From the NCBI GenBank assembly GCA_964016885.1, contig OZ024742.1, positions 194,122,001-194,186,000 of the forward strand: 64,000 nt of DNA, given 5' to 3'. The position numbers and the translations under genes are program-made. This document shows, one piece after another, positions 1 to 13,548 of this stretch. Within the stretch, counting starts at the first letter, position 1; each line of letters starts with the position of its first letter. The notes beneath the pieces were generated by a model that made no database searches, was not told where the DNA came from, and saw only the letters and a list, made by a program, of their open reading frames with translations. The DNA comes from Eledone cirrhosa. Taxonomy: Eukaryota.

Positions 1-2093
1 GAGCAGAAAGCTAAAATGCCACGCGTGTGACGTAAAAGCACACCTTAATTATTTCTATCCAAAGGAAACCATGAAGAAGATGCGGCCTTCTTTCCTTCCT
101 ACGCTAATTTCCATAGTGGAACCATCAACTCCAACCTCAACGACAACAGCAATAACGAGAAGAACACCACCACAATTTGCATCCACTGAAAGGACGCCAC
201 CAAACACAGCTGCAACAGCAGTACACACTCAGACAGGCAGCTTTGGTCTGGGAGTGGATAGCAAACCGTCAAAAAGAAAAAAAAAGGAAAAGCCTCACAA
301 TTTCGTTCAAACTAGAAGATAAGATAACAGAAAACTGAAGCCCTAAAGCTCACAATAGCAACAGGAACATCATTCCTAAAACCATTATCATCATCAAGAC
401 CACAGGATTCACTAAAGACACAAGCAACACCATCTTCAACACAACATAACCAGCACCAGCAGCTACAGCAAACATACTCTGAGGCTACGATACCACCAGC
501 TTTCCTTGACGAACCTTTCGCTCGACGCGTTTTCGCCCAGCATATCTCCTTGACGGAGATGCAGTTCTGGATCAAGTTAAGACCGAGAAGGAGAGCTTGG
601 AAACAAGAATTTTTTAGGTGATCAATCCTCTGTTGACAGGATAGTGCAGTCGTTAGAAAGTCCAGTCCTCTTTGGAGGTCTCAAGAGATTTAGTGGCTAG
701 TAAAAGCGAGGCCATTATTTAGGAGACTCCATCTCTAATAGTATGACATTTCTAGCACCGTTCTTATACTTTTTGCTATACAAAGCAAATACCCCATATA
801 TAAACTAAATTAATTCCACTCTATATCAAACATTATTCAACTGTTAAGTATTCTAATCACTTAACCCAATCTTCCTATTATATATTGAAAGTCAACGTCA
901 CGGCAATCCTTTCGATTTCGTAATTAATGTCTTGCTAATTTTACATTGTCTTGTTTCTTTGTCAACCTCACCATCATATATTTTATATTTGTATGAGACA
1001 AATTTCCAGAAACCAAAGGTTTATATCTACAGAGGGTTAGCGGAAGCGATGACCGACAATGCCATGTGGTCGACTCTGTACACTGACGAGTAAGGTCGGG
1101 GATTATGTACAATTTTTCAAAACTTTCATTGCAGTGTAGTGCCACAGAGGGGCATAGCTAGTTTGGGACAAGCTCTAAAGTCACGAAAACTGGACCTGTT
1201 AAACACCATTTTATCATGTGTAAAACAGATCCTGCTATCAGCTGATCTATAATAAAAGGTGAAACATCTCTTTAATTAAAAAGGGAAGTGCAGCAAGTCT
1301 TCGTCTGTCTGGTAAATATGGTGAAAGAAGGTGTATGGTGAACACATCGAAAGGGTTTGTGAACAGTAATCTTTCCCGATTAAGCCATCATCAGCTTCTA
1401 CAAGAACCAATTGAGGAGGAAAGTAAGGACAAAGAGGGAGATCTGCCTTCTAACCCATTTTATGAAAGATGAGTGTAAGCAGTGAGATTGACTTTGTTGA
1501 ATAGTCTTACACTGACAAGGCTTTTCTCTCGGCAAGGATGACTGAAACCGAGAGAGAGAGCAGTTTCAATGCCGGTGGAGTATCAGAGCAATCCAGGATT
1601 TTTGGGTCTCTCCCTAAAGCTCATTCCATTTTCCATCGGGATTCTGTTCCTAGTTGCTTTGTATTCTTATCGTGATTTGTTATTACAACTAGCAGAAAAA
1701 CCACTCTTCGGGTGGTTCTGCTAGCATGTGTAGTGTGTATATTGATATTATACGCTGGTATATATACATGTAGATATGGTACATCAAATAAAATCATAAT
1801 TGACAATATATAATACATAGAAATTGAACGAAGACTGCGTTACACTGTCTTATGTAATCAGTAACGTAATTTATGATACATTAAAAAACACGATATTATA
1901 TATAAACTGCATTAGGAGAAAATTAGTGACGGATAATTAGTATGTTTATTTAAGCGATCGCCACCGGAAGTGTTGACATTTCAGAAATTTTAAAGAAGTG
2001 AATCTTTAAATAAACAAAATATATTTAATGAACAGCCACGAAATTTAGTAGATAAATTATGTAATATTCATTCATTATTTATTCAAAGTGTGG

Positions 2094-2921
2094 TTAACTT
2101 TGCCTTTCATCCTTACGTGGTCGATAAAATAAAGTACCAGTAATGCACTGGGTAATTGCTGGCCTTGTGCCAAAAGTAGAAACAATTATTTATTCAAAGT
2201 GTGGCGGTTGATTGGCTGTATCGGTAGTGGGTCGGACACCATGCTTTCCAGCATAGAGTTACGGCTCTTTATGATCTGAGTTCAAAATCCGCCGAGGTCA
2301 ACTTTGCTTTTCATCCTTACGGAGTCGATAAAATGAAGTACCAGTAATTTACTGGGTAATTGCTGGCCTTGTGCCAAAAGTTGAAACAATTATTATTAAT
2401 ATAAGCGAAGTGGATTGGCAGTATCGGTAGAGCGTCGGGTAACATGTTTTGCGACATATAGTTACTGTTCTTTACGTTCTGAATTCAAACCCCACCAAAG
2501 TTAGCTTTGCCTTTCATCATTACGAGGTCGATGAAATAAAGCATACAATAATGCCCTGGGGTCGATTTAATCGATTTTCCCCTCCTCTAGATTGCTGGCT
2601 TTATGCCTATAGTAGAAATCATCATTATTATTATTAATAATTATTAATAATGGGCGGTGGATTGGCAGTATCGTTTGAGGATCGGACGCCATGCTTTGAC
2701 GCATAGAGTTATGGCCCTTTCTATTCTGAGTTCAAAGTGGATTGGCAGTATCGGTAGAGAGTCGGACGCCATGCTTTCCAGCATAGTTACGTCCCTTTAC
2801 GGTCTGAGTTCAAATCCCGCCGAGGTTAACTTTGCCTTTCATCCTTACGGGGTCGATGAAATAAAGTACCAGTAATGCACTGGGTTATTGCTGGCCTCGT
2901 GCCTAAAGTAGAAACAATTAT
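2094..2921 (+). mobile_element. Head-to-tail cluster of five full or partial tRNA-type SINE copies
   Basis: Repeated units with A-box-like TGGCAGTATCGG, B-box GAGTTCAAATCC and body ...AACTTTGCCTTTCATCCTTACGGGGTCGATAAAATAAAGTACCAGTAATGCACTGGG...GTAGAAACAATTA at about 2094-2184, 2203-2390, 2405-2625, 2652-2736 and 2737-2921. The first copy is flanked by a 20-bp direct repeat ATTATTTATTCAAAGTGTGG (2074-2093, 2185-2204). Confidence 0.9.
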
Positions 2922-2999
2922 TAGTATCATTGTAGTGTAGTTAATACGACGCATTGGGTGAAATGTAATAACTGTCTGATAAGTTTTAAAAAACCGGTG

Positions 3000-3760
3000 T
3001 AATGCGGTAGAAGTGTATTAATTGCAATGGTTGACAAATAAAACAAAAGGGAGTAATGTTTTACCCAGTATATTTCAACATGATATTTCAGGGCTAATAA
3101 CCGCTTTTCAATGTCAAACGGAAACGAAGGATCAATGACTTCTTCCTTAAATATTATCATCATCATTAGTTTTATGTTTTTATTGTGTGCTCTTACTACA
3201 ATATCAAGCAAGGCTGTGTGCGCCTTGCATATACGTAGTGTTGTTAGTAGAGTTATTTATATTGTATAGAGAATACTCCTCTTAATATTTTTGCTGTACA
3301 TAGTACTCCTATTTTCTGAATGCTATGTATATGAGTACGTCTTCTAGGTTTGGTTATGTATATGTGTGTGTGTAGTTTTAATCACACCCAGAGCATCTGT
3401 TGATATTGGGACAAATTCTGTTTTGATCATCCATATCCGGGGCATTTCTATCTCTAGATTTTTTGTATTCGGACAATTTCTCCATTTCCTTCGTGAATAT
3501 ATTGTTAGTGATGGGAGTGATGTGACAATTAGAAATCAATTCTTTTGGTTTATTGAAAGGTTGGCTTTGATTTACTTGTCTACGTGTATTGGTATATACC
3601 AATTTATGTTTCATTTGTCACTCTCCAACACCATTTCTTATGTATGTACTACCTGTTTTCCGTTAGTTTTTCGTAGTTTTGGCATAACAACCAGTGTGTG
3701 TAAATCCCAACTCTATCGTGTCTGTAAACATATTCTGTTTTAGTTATGACTGAGCAACCA
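3000..3760 (-). pseudogene. Highly decayed LINE reverse-transcriptase remnant
   Basis: Minus-strand peptides IFTKEMEKLSEYKKSRDRNAPDMD (resembles the FT..E...K..KAPG.D motif upstream of LINE RT) and FDIEK (resembles D..KAFD) occur in the expected order; many stops. Confidence 0.35.
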
Positions 3761-3973
3761 GTCATAGTGTGGTTACTTATTTCCTCACTATCTCCACATA
3801 TTCTGCAGTTACTGTGTTCTGCTTCACTGTACCCATTTGATGGTTTCTAGTAGAGAGGCACATTATTTTTTTTTTTTTCTCAGTCAGTTATGTATAATTG
3901 CTTCCTTCGTTATTTCATTTATATACACGATATAACAAGCTACAACATTTATTTTTACTACATAGTAGTAATA

Positions 3974-4172
3974 AGGGCGGTAAATTGGCCGAATCGCTAA
4001 AGAATCGGGTATATTTTGTGGTATGTGTTACATTCTGAGTTCAAATCCCACTGAGGCCAGATATGCTTTTCCTTTTTCCATGGTCAAATGTATCTGTAAA
4101 ACACTGGGGTCTATTTAACAAACATCTTTTCTCCACAAAATTATTGGCCTTGTGCCTAAATTAGAAACCATT
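3974..4172 (+). mobile_element. Diverged tRNA-type SINE copy
   Basis: GGCGGTAAATTGGCC...TTCTGAGTTCAAATCCCACTGAGG...TTGGCCTTGTGCCTAAATTAGAAACCATTA, same family as 2094-2921. Confidence 0.8.
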
Positions 4173-5004
4173 ATTTCATAGTAGAACATGGTGAGTTTTG
4201 GACGAATATTAATATTTTCTGCCTCAGATTTTCTGATTCATAATGTTCTAAATATTATGGCATGAGATTCGCAAATAAATCCCTGCATCCTGTAAATATG
4301 TGAATATAAATAGAAAATAGAGAATCTGGAAAGAGATCCGAGCATTTGTAAAATGGCTCATCTTCAAATTCTTCTTGGACCGCAAATTATACCTATATCT
4401 CTCTGAAATTGTGTGATTTATTCTTGAAAATGATATATCATTAGATATATCTCGTAAACGCCGGTATGGTTACGAATGAAAGATATTTAAGCCTATATAT
4501 AATCGGGCAGGAGTGAGCTAAGGCCAAACAACAACCCCAAAAAACATAATTATGAAGGTGTGTCAACTTAAATGTATTTTGATGTTTGTCTAATAACTTG
4601 AATAATATATTTTTTATAATATAGTTAATGCTTGCACTCCAATTATTTAACCTGACAATCCTCTAAAATAATAACATAATATTAACAGTATTGTATCACA
4701 AATAACAATTCTTAAAAACGACGGCAATAAGAAAACGGCTGATGGGGTTTCTATGTATATTTGCATAGAGTTGAGATTAAATTTAGATCTAAGCAAAATA
4801 TTTGAATACTCCGATCGGAAAAAATGCCAGAGTCAATTTATACATTGCCAGAAATGTTCCCAATAATTAAATGATAACAAGGAAAAATGAAATAAAACAA
4901 ATACTATGTTTTAGAGAAATTCAAATAAAAAAAATAAAGAATGCTGCGTTCATTTAAACAACAACATTAAAGCCACCGGCAAATTTAAAAAGAGGTTGGA
5001 CTTC

Positions 5005-5220
5005 CGATGTTTTCAGCGATCAGTCATGCAGTTGTTCGATCAATGGAACAGCCAGTTCATGACGTTAACGTGTGCATAGGTAAGAATTCCAGGGATACAT
5101 CTAAACTTAATGGAAACTTTAGGGAGATTCATCATGACGCAGTATATGTTACGAGGTGGGTTCTTTGTATTAGAGTTACAGTCTGACAATTTCCACTTAC
5201 CTAATTTTCTTCACAGAGTA
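5005..5220 (+). repeat. Old interspersed repeat; related copies at about 7175-7345 (-) and 43185-43395 (+)
   Basis: Shared GATC.ATGGAACAGC...GGAGATTCA...GTGACGAGG pattern in three places in the window; heavily diverged. Confidence 0.55.
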
Positions 5221-5234
5221 TGAGTTGAAGATGA

Positions 5235-5487
5235 CACACAGTGGAGTCTCCTATGGGACCTATTGATGACCTACCTTGTCACACAGTGGAATCGAACACT
5301 GCTGGCTTACGTTGTCACGCAATTGAATCTAACATAGGAGCTATTGAAGTCCTAAAATTCCACACAGTGAGAACGACCATGGGACCTATTGATGGACTAA
5401 AATTTCACACAGTTGGTTCGACCATGGGACCTACTGATGGCCTAATTTGCCACACAGTGGGATCGACCATGGGACATATTGATTGCA
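5235..5487 (+). repeat. 45-bp minisatellite, about 5.5 units
   Basis: Unit CACACAGTGAGAACGACCATGGGACCTATTGATGGACTAAAATTT; produces the repetitive 86-aa ORF at 5241-5501. Confidence 0.85.
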
Positions 5488-8248
5488 TAACGAACGTTTA
5501 ACTATTCGAACAGGCTACATCAACAATTGAAAAAACACACAAAAAACGTAACCTTCTGTGACGGTTTATTAAAAACTGATATTGTTTAGTATGTCATAAC
5601 ATAAATTAATTGCCCTTACAATTAATTTTTATTTGCAAGAATTAATGTATGGCTAGACTTTTATATCATTCAAATAGAAAGTTGATTAATTCATCCCCGA
5701 CACACACACATGTTGCTCTCTTCTTGTTTATCGTTTTACTACTTTTTGAAAAAAATACTTTCATTATTGTGTACTTCTGTTCAATAATATATTCAGTTGA
5801 CAAACGGTATTTCACTATTAAAATAAAAATAAATCAACAAATTGAAACTTGTTTGATAAATTGACCAAATTATTATTTTTTCTAAACATTGGCAGCAGAT
5901 TTTGGTAGATGGTGTAATCGATTACATCAATCGCCCAATATCAATAGTAATTTATTTTATGGTTCATGAAAATGCTGAAAACCAAAATAGCTTCGGTAAG
6001 ATTCAAACGCCTCACGTAACTGATCAGAACTAAATAGCCCATCCGATGTTTTGAAAACCCCTATCAAGTTCTCCAATCTAATACTAAATTAAAAAAGAAA
6101 AAAAATTGTTGTTAGTCTTAACTGTGAGTGTCCCAATACAAATAGTATAATCTTAACCTATTACTATATATATTAGTTGAGAAAAGCTGGTAAAATACCT
6201 CAAAAAAGATATGAATAGAGATGCACTGGCGAGATAGGAAGCATCCATCTCTTAGATGCTGCGCCAGGAGGTTAAACACTACGCTAAGCTGCTGCTGTCC
6301 ACAAATTCCGACTATTTAGATTGTGAGCCTGTAGTTAGATGTTAAATCAAGGAAATATGGTAACATTCATTAGTTCGGTTGGTCTTGCTTGAGGATCAAG
6401 ACAGATATATTGATTTAGGAACCATTGGTAAAATATGAAACGTGTACATCCCAATGTAAATTAAATAATTATTATAATAATTAATCCCTATAAACAATGT
6501 ATAAAGAAATCGGGTAAACTGTCCCTGGAAACGAAAGGAAGTGAACAAAAAAATGGAACCCCGCATTTCTCGGATGTCAAGTACGTTAACTACTGTTTAA
6601 TCAATGGTTGTGGTGGTCTCCGCCGATTATAAATTCCTGGCCCCACGAAAATGATCGAACGGGAGAAGAATGTTATCTCCAAACCAATGACATGATCTGG
6701 ATACTTGCAATATAGTTGACTCTGAAACAAGTACCCAAGATGTTGATAGTGATGTTAAAGCTGGTTAAAATGTCCACCCATTAGTCTAGAATGGGGCTTA
6801 CACAAATCACGCAAGTGCGCTCTCCGATGCTCTACCAATTTCATCTCACCTGGTAAGAACTTTATTTTCTCTACCCTGAAATGATGAAAAGCATGTTTAA
6901 CCTCGGTGTGATTTTACATTATATGGCAGAGTCACCAAATAAATAATTAAAAGGGAATTAATGATAGAAAAATATCTATTTCTATGTATTCAGGGTAGTT
7001 TCGGACAATTGCCGGATGGTATGAAATTCGGTTCTCAATCATTTTCTCCCGCGTTAAAACCTACAGTCTGTAATCTTACGCAATTGTAACTTACCATGAT
7101 GTCATGTGAAACCAAGTTTGTTTAGTGAAATTAGGAACACAGAATCTATTAGGAAGGATGTACATTGTAATTTGATGGGCAGGTCCAGGATTCTCACACA
7201 ATATGTAATGCTGAATCACCATGAGGATTTCATTACTGTGTACATGTATCTATGAAATGCTCAGTCAATTACATGTTGATTTTACAAGCACGCTGTTCCG
7301 TTTATCGAGGACTGGGAAAACTCATCGAAACTGTCTGTACATTCTGGGAAAACTCATCGAAACATGTCTGTACATTCTAATCTTTCTTCCATTCATGTCA
7401 CATTTTATATATCAAAGGAACACTTGCAAAAATATAGTAGATATCTACAGAATACTGTTTACATAATCAATACAGGCAGCAACTGAATAGGAATATCTGG
7501 TTTAATAATTCCAAAATTTACTAAGCATAAATTTATTGGGAACAAACCCAGCAAACCCATATGTACATATGTCTTTGCTTTGATGTTATATCATAACTTC
7601 ACTTTCTTTTCACCGCGCTTGTTATGTATTAGTTTCTTCAAAGTTTACTGAACAGTAAAATGTTTTTCACATTCAGAATCCGGATACGTTTTACAGTACG
7701 CACACGCACACGTATATTAGAAAACACTGAATATTTAAACGAAGCTGCAACATTCAGCACACACATATTTAAACATATTTCCCCGTGGACCGGAAGAATA
7801 AACGATCTGATTCGAAATTCGATTCAATTCACCCTGAGAGAACATCTGCACATTTCTCTGACAACAAACAAATATGCAATTATCATGTTTCCATAGGAAC
7901 ATTGCACATGGCAGTACCAGTAAATTAGAAATTACAATTAGCATATTAATAATACGTATGGTGGGAACTACTCAGAATAAATATTAAGATAGACACTAAG
8001 CACGTGGAATTTGTGGGATTTATATATATATATATATAGATATATATATATGCGTGTGTGTAGATGAATCTACCAAAATGTACGGTAGTGTCCAATCCGT
8101 ATGAAGAACTCAATGTAATCCAAATATCATGAAAAGAGAAGACGTATTCAAAATGTGTTCGATGAAAAACACAGGAAAACAGAGTCAAGATAAATTAATA
8201 AAAATAATGAATAAAAACAAAGAAACAGTTCCTTATATTAAAAAATTC

Positions 8249-8385
8249 ATCATATTACGATCGTTTCTAGGATATATATGTGTGTGTTGGTATGTATATC
8301 ATATAGATATATTTAACATTTTTACAAACTATCAGAGGGAATATACATACCTACACATATATATGCTGTCTTCAGAAATAATGAT
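8249..8385 (-). ncRNA. Hammerhead ribozyme motif (type I, long stem II, partly degenerate)
   Basis: Minus strand: CTGAAGA, ATATATATGTGT..ACACATATATAT stem II, GAAAC-GATC-GTA (palindromic stem III), imperfect stem I ATCATTAT/ATATGAT. Confidence 0.6.
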
Positions 8386-10990
8386 ATTTGTTTATTGAAA
8401 AAAACCCAACAAAGATTTAATATAATAGGTCTGTTTGGGAACAGGTTTTGAATTGACAAATAGAAAGGTGGTAAGTGGTCAAGATGGTAGAATAGTAGTA
8501 ATGGAACTTTAATTTAGGGGTAGAGGAAAGCAGACTTCAGTTTTGAATGGAAAGAGTATTTTGAATGAAAAGATTACTTTGGGGATGAAAATAGGCCAAG
8601 TCGGTAAATGGTACACGAAAATTTGATGTTATAAAAGAATAATGCTAATGTAAAAATCTAAGGAGAATAAAATTTTACGATAAATGTGTTAGTGAAAAAT
8701 ATCAATCTTATTTAAAACATGAGGAATTTACATCTTTAAAAAGAAAATAAATTAATTAAATTGATAGGTATATTTATATTGATAAATTTATATTAATTCA
8801 TATAGATATGATAAATAAGAGTTAGATGTAATTGAAAAATGTTGTTAAAAACGAAGGGAAAATAAAAAAATAATAATAATAATTGGGGGAAGGGATAAAT
8901 TTATTAGTGAGAAATAACAAATTTATAGAGATTATAAGGAATATAGATTCATAACCTGAAATTAAAATAGTTTATATGTATACTTATGGGTATAAATTTT
9001 AGGAAAAGATAGCTTTAAAAGGGAAATAAAATTATGCAGTTCATTAGTAGTAGAATATTAATTATAGGTTAACTAATTTTTAAAAGATGTATTATAATAA
9101 TTTGTAAAGTGTATATTAATTAGGTTTATAATATTTATAAGTTCTTCTAATTTTATGATTACATGATATAATTAATTCTTGTCGCTTATTTAATAGGATA
9201 TCCTTAGATTTCATTATTTCAAAAAGTTCCTGGGAACATAATGTACATTCATATCTATTATTTTGATAAAGGTTGGCCCTTTTGAGCACACTCCAGATCA
9301 GGTTATGATCGATATTCTTTTTTCTATAATTATTAATTATTTCAGCTAAGGATGTTGTATTAGCTAATGCGGCATTTTTAAAACTGTTTGTGGGTATTAA
9401 ATCTTACTTTAAATTGGTTAGAAGTAGCTCCTATATATGAATAAGTTGAGTCTTAGTGTTAATTTTACATTTATATACTATGTTATTAATAAGGCAATTT
9501 CCTTTTAATGGGCAATTTGCTTTGTTTCTACAGTTACACCCTTTCGTGAATGTTGTATCAGAGGAGATAGTCAAATTAGGCGTTTTTTTTTACATTTATA
9601 TGCATTATAGGCACTTATATTTTATTGTATATTTTTTGTGGTTGAGTAGGAGAATTTGACCGTTGATCTATTTACAATTTGATGGTATTTATGGTTTGGC
9701 GGGAAGTTTTTCTCTAGGATAGTAAAACATTTTTTAGGTATATTATCTTTAATTTGTAGATTAAATGGAGGATTATTCCAAGTAACTAGTCTATTACGGT
9801 TTCGATGTTGTTTATTACTTGTATACGATGTATCCTGATGTTTATTAACAGAATTAGTATTAGTGATTTTATCACACATATTTTTAGTTAGATTCATTGA
9901 TTTAGGTGTTTTAGCCTGATTATTAGGAATTTTGTTATTAACATATATTGGAATATTAGGATGAATGGTTTTTTGAAAGTTATATTGTATATTAGAAGAG
10001 TTAGAGAAATTAAGTTTTAAGTTGGTATTTTGGGGTATAGTGTGAGTGGCATTTATGTGTGTATATTTCATTTGGTGTTTGTTGGTAATATTGGGCTGTA
10101 TGTTTGTAGTGTTATTGGTACAAGGTATATATACTAATTTGTTTTTGTGGCCGCTTCTATCTAAAGCTTCGTTATATAATGTCGCACTTTTATCGAATAC
10201 ATCCTGGTTCGATGAAAGGTTAGAAATTCTGAGTGAGATATTATATGCTAGGTTTTTAAGGATAGATTTAGGGTGATTAGATTGTGAGTGTATGTAATGT
10301 AAGTTTTGGTTAGGTTTATGGTAAGGTTGTTAGATACCCGTAGATAAGTTTAATGTTATATCAAGGAAATTAACTACTTTACTTGTGTTTTCAAATGTAA
10401 TGTCGAGACTATAATAGTGTTTGAGGAAAGTTCTAATAAGTTTTTTTATTTTTTTCAATTTCTGATAGGCTAAGGTTAGTGGAAAGAAGAAGACAGTCGT
10501 CACGATATAAACCACCTTTAAGGTGGGGAAAAGAAGCATTCATGTTAAATAGAAGAAAGAGGCCCACAAGATCGGTAATTTGGGCAGAATCACTAGAGCC
10601 CATAGTAATGTCGAATAGATTACTATATGTATTTCTGGTCCAGTATTCTTTCTGAAATTCCAGTAGTGTTTGTCTAGCATGCATGATAATATTAATGTCA
10701 TCCATAGTTAAGTTTGATCTATTTTTTGCAAATATCAAGGCTTTGTTCAGGAGTATGGGTGATATAGAGGAATAATAAGCATTTATATCGAATTGTAGAA
10801 ATGAAGCAGATGATTTATTTCTAATATTAGTAAACCAGTTAATTACCTGGGATGTGTTTTCCCAGAGTGGTAAATTAACATGTTTTCTTAATTGTGGGAT
10901 GACTCTATCTAAAAAATGTTTACTAATGATGTCAATGTCAGATTTGGAAGGGCATATAAGTCTTATAGAAGGATTAGAGTTAAAATTAGA

Positions 10991-11053
10991 TTTTACTCTT
11001 TTACTCTTTTACCTGTTTCAGCCATCCGGCTGAGGCCATGCTGGGGCACCGCC
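10991..11053. mobile_element. Short SINE-end fragment inserted into the PLE ORF
   Basis: GC-rich TTTTACTCTTTTACTCTTTTACCTGTTTCAGCCATCCGGCTGAGGCCATGCTGGGGCACCGCC interrupts AT-rich PLE coding sequence and has a short tandem tail. Confidence 0.55.
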
Positions 11054-11714
11054 CTTGTTTTGTGATCTTTCAGGTTAAAATGTGTTTTTTTCAGTGCCAA
11101 AGATTCAATTCTATCTTCAATATTGAGTTTACTATGTTGTGTGTTTTGTTGTTGATATTGGTAAGTGCCGCATTGTTTGTTTTTTTATAATTTTTCCTGA
11201 GTTCTTTATATATGAACTCATTGTAATTATCCATATCCATGTGATACAGATTTCCAGTTTTGTCAGAGTGGACATGGATTTTGTTAGATTTTTTTAGATC
11301 CAATAGGGTAGAATCAAGATCTTTTTGAAAATTAGATTTATATTTCTTAAATTTGAGGTGTTTGATTAAGTTAAAAAGGTCTTTCTCGAAGTTTTCAAGC
11401 AAGGAGTTGTGTGGTGGGTTCTTATATGTAGTGAAATCATATAAATATTTCTTATCAGTAGATTTTGTTTTTTATCAAAGTGGTAGGCCCTCCAGCTGAC
11501 CCTTTTGATGAATTGGTTGTTTTTTTGTATCATAAGAAGTAAGAATTCATCCTTAGAAGGTATTGGTATATTCTTTAAAGAAGTTCCCAAGTATTGTCTT
11601 TCGATTGTGATATGGATAATGGACAAGAAAAAGAGCTCAACTATATATATAGGGAGTTATAAATTATATATATATATATATACAAAAATATGAATACCTT
11701 TATAAAATTAGGAG

Positions 11715-11798
<84 letters not shown>

Positions 11799-11956
11799 GT
11801 ATATATATACACACATTTCAACAGCAATCATGTAAAAATTGCCTGTACAGATAATGAAAGTGTGTATGCATTTTGGGGGACAGTCTGTATATATATATGT
11901 ATATATAATATAATAAACAAGGACGAGTGATTACTCCTTCATTACTTTTATTGGTT

Positions 11957-12041
11957 GGTGACGCGCGTTTCGCTATTGTTCAGCTCAAAGTTCGATCTGT
12001 ATCGATCTAGCCCGACTCTGTAATCAATGGCTCGTCGGACC
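11957..12041 (-). ncRNA. Hammerhead-like motif with CCGACGA core variant inside a small inverted-repeat element (11905-12135)
   Basis: Minus strand: GGT-CCGACGA-GCCATTG...CAATAGC-GAAAC-GCGC-GTC-ACC. Confidence 0.65.
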
Positions 12042-12312
12042 TCTTTGGTGGTAAGGTCATTACCACCAAATAGGTCCGACAACCATTAAACGTAATGAAG
12101 GAGTAACCACTCGTCCTTGTTTTAATTTATTATACTACACTCTGTCTAGCTCTACACATCGATTCAGACGTGAAACTAAATATCGAGTGCTCACCCGGGA
12201 CAACCTACAGTAACTCCGCATTACACTCTCTCTCTATATATATATAATTATATATATATATATAACTATATATATATATATATATAATTATATATATATA
12301 ATTATATATATA

Positions 12313-12386
<74 letters not shown>

Positions 12387-12988
12387 GTGCGTGGTGTATG
12401 TGTCTTCTCAATAATCTAGACGGACATTTGCTCTGGATTCAAATGTTGATATATTCAACTCACATAGATTTAGTTAATACTTACAACGGTAAGTTCTCAT
12501 TTTAATACCGATTAATTCACCTTCATGTTGTTTGATTTATTTATGTTATTAAATAGTAATTAGGGTTCGTGAATAACATTCGTAAGTTTACTATACAGAT
12601 CTTATGTGGCCGATGTACATCTATCACTGACTATAAAAACAGATATTGTGTATTTTACATTTCCTATGTTGTTTTTCTCTTGCGGTGCTTCGTTTGAACT
12701 GAACTATGTAATTTACTTGCCAGTAGTATAAAATAATTCTATGTTTATGCTTTCTTGATATGCAATATGATATGACAGACGAATCAAAAATAGAATCTAA
12801 CATTGCATGTGCGTATATATATATATATATATATATACATTTGCTGAGGTACCCAGCTTCGCCAAGGTTAACAAATGATAAGAAAACGTCTGTATTGAAT
12901 GCATTTTCTTGTTTACAGTGTATGTATTGTGTGTGTGTGTGTGTATGTTTGTGTGTGTTTGAATATATATGTGCGTGTGTGAGTGTTC

Positions 12989-13061
<73 letters not shown>

Positions 13062-13548
13062 TGTGTGTGTGTGTGTGTATCTGTGTGTGTGTATATGTGA
13101 GTGTTTCTGGGTGTGCGTGTGCGTGTGTGTGTGTGTAAACCACCGCTGGAGTCGGAGACATAGGCCGCGAAACACGATCATCACTAACAACGAATTCGCA
13201 GAGAGTATCCCTTATGGTTGATTCCCAACCTGCTAGATATACCAGTCAGGTTGTTTAGCATACGTGGTATTACTTTCTTTTTCTTTGGTGTTATAAAATT
13301 AGTATCAATAAACTTTCCTGGATATACTCTTATCCAAATCCTGTACATACTTCCGATTGTAACTTTCCGTTTTTTTTTTCGTGTGATACGCGAAGGAACC
13401 AACCAACAAATATCTCTCTTTTATATCTCTTTTATTTGTTCATTCAAAATTTTGTTCAGCTAATTCTGTCGTACAATATACATCAGCAAGCGTTATCTAA
13501 TGTTTAAAACATATGTTTAAAACATAATCTTAGTCTCTTTGTTGCTCT

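Larger units (their letters stand above)
8063..11718 (-). mobile_element. Penelope-like retroelement (RT + GIY-YIG), probably Hydra clade; decayed, near full length
   Basis: Ordered minus-strand fragments: TSLKNIPIPS..FIKRVSWRA (11366-11626), SDKTGNLY (11091-11402), FDITMGSSDSAQITDLVG..GGLYRDD (10433-10738), NFLDITLNL (10330-10539), WNNPPF..FPPNHKY..KFSYS (9622-10071), then CNCRNKANCPLKGNC..VYKC..YIGAT near 9420-9540. Hammerhead in the 3' region; both ends abut (TA)n. Ends approximate. Confidence 0.9.

Noticed and set aside
1-1620. ORFs 71-322, 312-575, 924-1145 as genes; faint minus-strand LINE RT-like peptides near 1100-1620
   Set aside because: No recognisable domains in the ORFs; the RT resemblance (FNKVN..GLEG, RRLAAL) is too weak to call.
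12624-13221. Long ORFs rich in HT/CV/YI repeats (here and at many other sites)
   Set aside because: Translations of (CA)n/(TG)n/(TA)n microsatellites, which contain no stop codons.
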